Assembly: GCA_049517415.1 (NCBI GenBank)
Contig: JBEKSC010000029.1
Coordinates: forward strand, 1 to 32,912
DNA from: Candidatus Bathyarchaeia archaeon
GTDB taxonomy: Archaea; Thermoproteota; Bathyarchaeia; 40CM-2-53-6
DNA: 32,912 nucleotides
Direction of reading: 5' to 3'
Positions 26,926-32,912 of the stretch are shown one piece after another. The notes under the pieces were generated by a model that was not told where the DNA came from, ran no database searches, and was given only the letters and a program-made list of their open reading frames with translations. The position numbers and the translations under genes were made by a program. Each line of letters starts with the position of its first letter. Position 1 is the first letter of the stretch.

Positions 26926-27317
26926 GGGATCGGAACCTGGGGAATAATATCTCGAGATAATCTTCGAGACGTCGTTCATAGCAACTTCTACTTGCTTGAG
27001 ATCTCAGTCATCTAGAATAATGGCGACGGGAGCCAGTCCTGGTGCGGATTCCTGTGACCTGAAGCAACCTGTCCAAGGCAGTGAATCTCTCCCTGGACCC
27101 CTTTCTAGGAGTCGCCCTCAAGAAAGCCAAGGAGATTGATCGGGGCGTCATGGTAGTCATAGCGCCCGACGGTGGCGAAAAATACCTAAGCACATCGCTA
27201 TGCGAACCCAATCGATGTTTAGAATGTGCACAGAAATACGGAATCAGATGTTCGTATTTCGACGGAAGACCAACAATTGAAGCCAAGGCCTTCCTCTCCG
27301 AGCACGTATCACCATGA
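26926..27317 (+). pseudogene. Decayed cysteine synthase (CysK/CysM family) remnant
   Basis: Intact C-terminal motif VVIAPDGGEKYLST; upstream out-of-frame relics GIGTWGII (cf. GxGTGGT) and EPVL.RIP; N-terminal half missing. Confidence 0.7.
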
Positions 27318-28376
27318 AGTCACCTTGTAGCGATTGGGATAGGTACCCGTTTGGTACTTTTGGTGATTGGGACATGTACCCTTCAGGGGCCAGTTGGCTC
27401 ATGTACCGCCTAGACATGAGCGTTGCATATGCAGTAGAATCAGGCAGCTACGCAAATTCTGGTTGACGGAAGAACACGAATTTTCGGGCCGGGTTCCGTC
27501 AGATTCACGCTGTGATTATCTGGAAGGAGACGACACCCATGAGGCAACGTAACCTTGGCGTTTGGTCGCCAGTTTTCGGTACCCTGTAACAAAGCGTTTG
27601 GTGGGTTTTCTCCGTCTGCCGGAAAAGTGAAAACAGAATATTGTATTCAGCATCTAACTTGGTCTGGTCTACTGTACTGGGACGTACTGGCATATTTCTG
27701 AAGGCTTCTCCATGATACGGTTGATGGTGACTTCGCCTATGATCCTGCAGTGTTTGGCGATTTGACTTAGGTTCCAGATTATGATTCGAAGGCTCGCGGC
27801 GACGCTCGCATTCTTCACGTACGTCAAGACCTTCTGAGTCGCCAAATTTGCTAATCGTCACGAATTGGACTTCTCCGTTAGACCTTATTATCGCCAGTTG
27901 ACGAAGATCCCTCTGTGGATCGATTATGGGAAAATGTGATTCTATCGCCATTCAGGAATGGCTTAAGAAACGATACGCGTTGCTTTTCTTGAGGATCAAC
28001 GAGAGTACAGACCATGCATTCGCAATAGTGGATTTGCCAAACCTGCCTCCTAACCCAGTCGAACATCCTTTTGATTGCAAAATCTCGATAAGCACGCCTC
28101 GACAGGCGGAAAGAGATTTCCTCGGAATGTCTGACTTCGAAGAAGGCACAACCTTCTTCAACAGCAAAGGCTGGGAGAAACGCCTACTCGAAATTTCACG
28201 CCGCTAGAAATAGAATCCCCCCTGCTCTAATTTCACCTTAAAAAAGGAAACATCGTAGTTCTTGTCTGCGTGTTCCCCGGCCATGTCTAAGTATGCTTCT
28301 TCCGCTTGCTTTTCTTGTCTGTTCTAAAACATGCGGAGTTCAACGAGTTTCAATCTGGTTTCTAGGCCGCATCTCC

Positions 28377-28886
28377 TTAGCCTTCCTCCCTTTTGAAGAA
28401 CCCCCTTGCAAAACATAAGTCTAGGTAGTCCTCAAACCACATCCACCGTGACTGAAGTTCCTGCAATCTCATCTTGAAAGCCAAGCGCTCCTCAACCGGT
28501 CGTTTGTCAACAAAGAGGAGTGTCTCTTCGAGTCGACGTATGTCATCTGACATTCTCCTCATGCGGTTTTCCCAGCCGTAAAGAGGATTGCTCGTTCGCT
28601 CGGACTTGGGCAAGGAATTGAAGTACCTCTCTTTCTCATTCTCGCTATGGGTGTCCCAATGCTTCATGAACTCAACGTGATCGCTCCACATATCACCAGT
28701 GCCAACGGTGAAACTACAAATTTCGCAATCCGTTTTTCCGCTATACGCAGCCTCTTCATACCGCAAGATGCGACCCAGTTCGCACTTAGTACAGACGCAA
28801 AAAACTGGCTTAGCGCTTCTCGGACCGTACACCAAATCTACTGGTGAGCCGCATTTAGGACAGGGGAAATTTCGTTTCTCAGCCAA
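28377..28886 (-). CDS. Zinc-finger protein (C4 ribbon, C2H2-like finger, coiled coil)
   Basis: CPKCG...CTKC, CEIC...HWDTH, C-terminal heptads; start set at TTG 28886 (ORF is open to 29024). Confidence 0.6.
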   Translation of the reverse strand: MAEKRNFPCPKCGSPVDLVYGPRSAKPVFCVCTKCELGRILRYEEAAYSGKTDCEICSFTVGTGDMWSDHVEFMKHWDTHSENEKERYFNSLPKSERTSNPLYGWENRMRRMSDDIRRLEETLLFVDKRPVEERLAFKMRLQELQSRWMWFEDYLDLCFARGFFKREEG

Positions 28887-29033
28887 GCCTAGCCCTTCCC
28901 CTTCTTCTTCTCCATGACGATCTGACGTACCAAACATGAACCAGGAGCCTAATAACGCAACGGAAGGCGGGCTTGAGAATGTGGATAACAGTCTGATCGA
29001 TGGTCTGATAACGTCGGTGAGCATGACTGTGAC

Positions 29034-29393
29034 ATGTCTCGATATATGGCTTACAACGTAGGGTTGGGTTCTGGCGGAATACTCTTTTCCGTTGTGATTA
29101 TCGCACTAAATGGTTTTTTCGGTAACCCTGACTTGCCTTTCGTCTTAGGAGCAATACCCTTTGTCGCCTCATTTGTTATGTTATCTCTTCAGCTCGTTGT
29201 CTTCATGCTGATTGCACGAGACAGCATTGGCTCTCTTTCAACATATATCAAGAAATTCCCTCAAGAACACGAGTCGAACTTTTCGGTCAGAAGCCTAAAC
29301 TCCCGGGACGGTTTCCGCGTCAAAGAGAAATGGGAAGCGGAGACAGGGTTGAGAACCCCCAGGCCAGAGAGAAGAGAAGGTTCATCAAATTGA
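29034..29393 (+). CDS. Hypothetical 2-TM membrane protein
   Basis: Two hydrophobic segments followed by a charged tail. Confidence 0.45.
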   Translation: MSRYMAYNVGLGSGGILFSVVIIALNGFFGNPDLPFVLGAIPFVASFVMLSLQLVVFMLIARDSIGSLSTYIKKFPQEHESNFSVRSLNSRDGFRVKEKWEAETGLRTPRPERREGSSN

Positions 29394-29542
29394 CTGAACG
29401 GACGTACGAGAAATGTCCAGCATGTGGAGGACCTGTCGAATGGAAGCCAATCCATGTTACTCGAATCTACGATGTAGGTCAGCCTCCCACGGCTGACGCA
29501 GAATCTTACCTAACCCATAACATGCACGACTTTTCTCTCTGA
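29390..29542 (+). CDS. Small CPxCG-motif protein, possibly truncated
   Basis: TTG overlaps the upstream stop (TTGA); MTERTYEKCPACGGPVEW; second Cys pair absent. Confidence 0.35.
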   Translation: MTERTYEKCPACGGPVEWKPIHVTRIYDVGQPPTADAESYLTHNMHDFSL

Positions 29543-29649
29543 TCGAAAGCTTCAACATGCGGGTTTTGGAGCCGCTCCACCAGTTCCGAGACGGACGACA
29601 TCGAACGGATCTCTTTTGGCATTAATGGTTAGTTTCTTATGCGATCTAG

Positions 29650-30084
29650 TTAGCGGTTCTGGGCTTGTCGGTGCATTCTCGCGTATTTTCGGAGTTCCTC
29701 ATTCGTTAGTTGGGTTTTCTTCTCTGACCTCTTACCTGTGATAATCTCTCGAATGTCTGCTTCTAACGGGTCTTCTCCTATAGCCCTAAGATAGGCATTT
29801 ATCACCGGCAATCCAGCGCGTATTACAGATTCAGAGGGGAAGACGGCCGCTATCACGTCACGCCCCTCAGATTTGAATATACTAGCAAGCTGACGGGTGT
29901 GCAGTTCTCTCGCCTGTGACAAAATTTCGCCCTTAAACGTCTTGTCGTAGTTTGTGTGTAAATCGTCTTCCAAGTCGATGTGCTTACCGTGTCTGCCTGC
30001 TCTAGCCCAACATCGCATCATCCAGAGTTTGTATAGTATGAACCCTTGAACGTGCGCTGGGTCGCCCTCTTTCAGCTTTGGAAT
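29650..30084 (-). CDS. Uncharacterised archaeal winged-helix-like protein
   Basis: FILYKLWMMRCW...GKHIDLEDDL...KGEILSQAREL pattern; frame is open upstream of ATG 30021 to ATT at 30084. Confidence 0.6.
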   Translation of the reverse strand: MPKLKEGDPAHVQGFILYKLWMMRCWARAGRHGKHIDLEDDLHTNYDKTFKGEILSQARELHTRQLASIFKSEGRDVIAAVFPSESVIRAGLPVINAYLRAIGEDPLEADIREIITGKRSEKKTQLTNEELRKYARMHRQAQNR

Positions 30085-30158
30085 CTAATCCACTCTCCGT
30101 GGTTTTAGATACAACCTTTTATATGAGCTATTACATGCACAACTTACCGTGAAGATTA

Positions 30159-30470
30159 ATGAAAACTCAACTAGAGGGGCCACTAACTAGCCTCTTCGGA
30201 AACCCGCAAGGTAGAGCGATAGCGAAGGTGCTCGACCAATCAATCATAGTTGGAAACATGGAACAAACCGTCCGTATGCTCGCTGACTCGACCAACCTAG
30301 ACTATAAAACTATTCAGAACTCGCTGAAAAGGCTTGAGAGATGCGGATATGTAAGAAAGAGCCGAAGGGTCGGCAACGCTCAAACCTATAGGTTCAATGT
30401 GGAGAACGACCTGCACGACCTAGTCCACTTCGCTCGAAAGGCTCAGTTAACCCCGTCACGAAGACGTTAA
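30159..30470 (+). CDS. Winged helix-turn-helix transcriptional regulator
   Basis: LFGN...KVLD...TVRMLADSTNLDYKTIQNSLKRLERCGYVRKSRRVGNAQTYRFN. Confidence 0.82.
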   Translation: MKTQLEGPLTSLFGNPQGRAIAKVLDQSIIVGNMEQTVRMLADSTNLDYKTIQNSLKRLERCGYVRKSRRVGNAQTYRFNVENDLHDLVHFARKAQLTPSRRR

Positions 30471-30571
30471 TTTCCTCCTGGAGAGACTGCTCGCGAGATA
30501 CGATGCCGAGATGAACCAGGCTAAGCGTTAAGCCGAGAGCTTGCCCTACGTTTGATGGAGGATGAGTTTGC

Positions 30572-32032
30572 TTGCCTGGGCCTTTGAGGTTGAAAGAGAT
30601 TGGCATTACTGTGAAGAAGGCAGACGACCTTTCGGAATGGTATACACAGATAGTGACCAAGGCAGAACTCGCTGACTACGCTCCCATGAAGGGGTTCATG
30701 GTTCTTCGCCCCTACGGGTACTCGATATGGGAGAAGATCAAGGAGTGGTTGGACCGGAAGCTGAAGGAGTCGGGCCACTCGAACGCTTACTTCCCACTTT
30801 TCATTCCGGAAAGCTACCTCAAGAAAGAGGCCGAGCATTTCAAGGGGTTCACTCCGGAGGTATTCTGGGTAACGGAAGCAGGAGAGAACAAGCTCTCAGA
30901 ACGGCTCGCGGTTCGTCCCACATCTGAAACCATCGTCAACGACGCCTATTCAAGGTGGGTTCGAAGCTGGCGAGACCTACCGCTCTTAATCAACCTCTGG
31001 AACTCCGTACTGCGCTCTGAAATCACTGCGACTCGACCTTTCATCAGGACCTCGGAATTTCTGTGGCAGGAAGGCCACACCGTACACGCCACGAAGGAAG
31101 ATGCCGACAAGGAGGTAATGATGATACTGGAATTCTACCGTCAACTCACGGAGGATCAGATGGCGACCCCGGTACTAACTGGCTACAAAAGCGAGAAAGA
31201 GAAATTCGTCGGGGCCCTCTACACGACAACTCTTGAAGCAATGATGCCGGATGGGAAAGCGATACAGATGGGAACCTCGCACAACCTTGGACAGAACTTC
31301 TCCAAACCTTTTCAAATCAAATACCTGGGGCAGGATGAACAGACACACTTCGCCTGGACAACTTCGTGGGGCGTTTCCTGGCGACTGATTAGCGCTATGA
31401 TCATGCTTCACAGCGACGATAAGGGATTGGTCGTCCCACCGCGAATCGCTCCGATTCAGGCGGTTATCGTTCCGATATACTACAAGACTGAGCGGAGCGA
31501 AACCGTCGCGGAAAAAGTTCGAACCACCGCCGAGACGTTGTCTAGAGCCGGGGTAGCTGTGCACGTGGACTCCCGTGAGCAGTACACCCCTGGGTGGAAG
31601 TTCAACGAATGGGAGCTTAAGGGGGTCCCCCTTCGGGTCGAAATCGGGCCGAAAGATGTTGAAAAGAATCAAGTTACATTGGTTCGGCGTGACAATTCAC
31701 AGAAACTCGCCGTCAAAGATGACGCCATCCTGGGTGAAGTTCAGAGATGCCTGGACGAGATACAAAAGTCTCTGTACTCTAAAGCTAAGTCAGCCCTCAA
31801 CGATTCAATATCCCAAGCGACTGACTATGAACAATTCAAGAAGACACTGAATGACCGCGGCGGGTTCGTAAGGGCCTGCTGGTGTGGGCGAAGTGAATGC
31901 GAGGAGGCCATAAAGAACGAAACGGGAGCAACCATTCGCACAATCCCTCTCACGGACGAAAAACCATTCTCAAGCTGCATATACTGTTCAAACACCGCAA
32001 CGAAGGTCACATACTTCGCCAAATCCTACTAG
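30572..32032 (+). CDS. proS: Prolyl-tRNA synthetase (archaeal/eukaryotic type)
   Basis: RPTSET, TRPFIRTSEFLWQEGHT, QMGTSHNLGQNFSK, PGWKFNEWELKGVP, C-terminal FAKSY. Confidence 0.97.
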   Translation: MPGPLRLKEIGITVKKADDLSEWYTQIVTKAELADYAPMKGFMVLRPYGYSIWEKIKEWLDRKLKESGHSNAYFPLFIPESYLKKEAEHFKGFTPEVFWVTEAGENKLSERLAVRPTSETIVNDAYSRWVRSWRDLPLLINLWNSVLRSEITATRPFIRTSEFLWQEGHTVHATKEDADKEVMMILEFYRQLTEDQMATPVLTGYKSEKEKFVGALYTTTLEAMMPDGKAIQMGTSHNLGQNFSKPFQIKYLGQDEQTHFAWTTSWGVSWRLISAMIMLHSDDKGLVVPPRIAPIQAVIVPIYYKTERSETVAEKVRTTAETLSRAGVAVHVDSREQYTPGWKFNEWELKGVPLRVEIGPKDVEKNQVTLVRRDNSQKLAVKDDAILGEVQRCLDEIQKSLYSKAKSALNDSISQATDYEQFKKTLNDRGGFVRACWCGRSECEEAIKNETGATIRTIPLTDEKPFSSCIYCSNTATKVTYFAKSY

Positions 32033-32107
32033 CCGCTCCAAAGGACGCTTAACCCTCATAACAACGTTTAAGCGCCGCACAAGCGAGTTTACGGTAGCGG
32101 ATAAGGT

Positions 32108-32383
32108 TTGACGAAGAAGAGAAAGTCCCGCGGACGAAGCAAAGGAGGCAAAGGGCGAAGCGAGATGATCCAGTGCACCAACTGCGGTAGGCCAGTCCCA
32201 AGAGACAAGGCCAAACGCGACACACAATGGGTCTCGTTGGTGGACTCGTCGCTTGCACGTGAACTTCGCTCCAAGGGAACGTACATCGCACGACAGCGCG
32301 TGGTCAAGTTCTACTGCGTCTCCTGCGCAGTACACTTCGGGCTTACGAAAGTGCGATCTAGAGACGAAAGACACTTCTACTAA
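32108..32383 (+). CDS. rps26e: 30S ribosomal protein S26e
   Basis: KKRKSRGRSKGGKG, CTNCGRPVPRDKA, YCVSCAVH, VRSRDER. Confidence 0.96.
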   Translation: MTKKRKSRGRSKGGKGRSEMIQCTNCGRPVPRDKAKRDTQWVSLVDSSLARELRSKGTYIARQRVVKFYCVSCAVHFGLTKVRSRDERHFY

Positions 32384-32523
32384 GGTTCCTGAAGGATTCT
32401 TATATTGTTCAGTTGGATGGGCAAACGATCGCAAGCATATTCGAGCAGAAAATAATTCGAGAACGAAAACTCGCTTCCGCGTACTACCGTGCGCATTAAG
32501 GTTGGTTCTCGAGGTCGGCGAGA

Positions 32524-32760
32524 ATGCCACGAAAGAAGAAATTGCCGAACCATTCTCGCATCCCTACGTCTGAGGAGCTTGCAGGCGAAGACAAAGCCCT
32601 CGAACAGAAGTACCTACGCCTGTTGGAGAAGAGACAGGCGATAGATAGGCAGATCATCAAGCTTCTCAACCAACAGCAAGTGAACCGTGATGTTAGTGGG
32701 ATAATCAGAAGCCTGCTCGATGCGGAGAAGAAGGAGAAGACAACAGCGGCTGGTGTTTGA
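32524..32760 (+). CDS. Hypothetical coiled-coil protein (78 aa)
   Basis: ORF with heptad pattern; stop overlaps the next start (TTGA). Confidence 0.55.
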   Translation: MPRKKKLPNHSRIPTSEELAGEDKALEQKYLRLLEKRQAIDRQIIKLLNQQQVNRDVSGIIRSLLDAEKKEKTTAAGV

Positions 32761-32912
32761 ACGTGGCCGCAGCGCTGGCGCCGGCCGCGCGTTATAGGCG
32801 TTGGTCGATTCGAGTTCCAAGATTGCTTCTCTTTCGTGTCAAGGGCGTGGCCCAGAAAGAGAGATGGGCGTTAAGCGATCTCGTGCGTATGCTGATAGTT
32901 CTCGGTGCAGCT
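32757..32912 (+). CDS. Ribbon-helix-helix (CopG-like) protein, 3'-truncated by window
   Basis: Not in ORF track; frame open to window end: MNVAAALAPAARYRRWSIRVPRLLLFRVKGVAQKERWALSDLVRMLIVLGAA, with RHH-like strand (WSIRVP) and S-D-L-V-R helix. Confidence 0.55.
   Translation, partial: MNVAAALAPAARYRRWSIRVPRLLLFRVKGVAQKERWALSDLVRMLIVLGAA

Noticed and set aside
27505..28207. ORFs 27505-27951(-), 27926-28207(+) and 27952-28167(-) as genes
   Set aside because: Mutually overlapping with no recognisable motifs; cannot tell which, if any, is real
31988..32573. 180-aa minus-strand and 106-aa plus-strand ORFs
   Set aside because: Shadows of rps26e and the proS end

Overview
Archaeal chromosomal window. 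rpS26e, Alba, archaeal-type ProRS, Cdv/ESCRT genes, a multi-intron tRNA and frequent TTG/GTG starts suggest a TACK lineage such as Bathyarchaeia (inference). Left to right: (1) a sulfur-relay-like block of a ThiF/MoeB E1 enzyme, a THUMP-less ThiI and a stand-alone copy of the E1 C-terminal domain; (2) a tRNA-Cys(GCA) gene split by three BHB-type introns (8/9, 37/38, 48/49), whose 12-nt leader is complementary to its own 3' strand; (3) EamA, an ElaB/YqjD-YqjE-like trio, mntR-mntH, an IDH/IPMDH-family dehydrogenase, tRNA-Arg(CCG) divergent from argS, a PMT-type glycosyltransferase and alba; (4) a compact cell-division cluster, cdvB'-cdvA-cdvB-cdvC-lrp-cdvB''; (5) yjbQ, 2-oxoacid:ferredoxin oxidoreductase alpha/beta and an aspartase/fumarase; (6) an ~8 kb accessory region with a MITE-like element, a membrane-anchored PLD protein, three membrane proteins sharing a C-terminal zinc ribbon (one with a GIY-YIG-like domain, one with a G1-peptidase-like ectodomain), a decayed cysteine synthase and small Zn-finger/wHTH genes; (7) proS, rps26e and the start of an RHH gene. 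All calls come from motif recognition and manual base-pairing; no searches were run.
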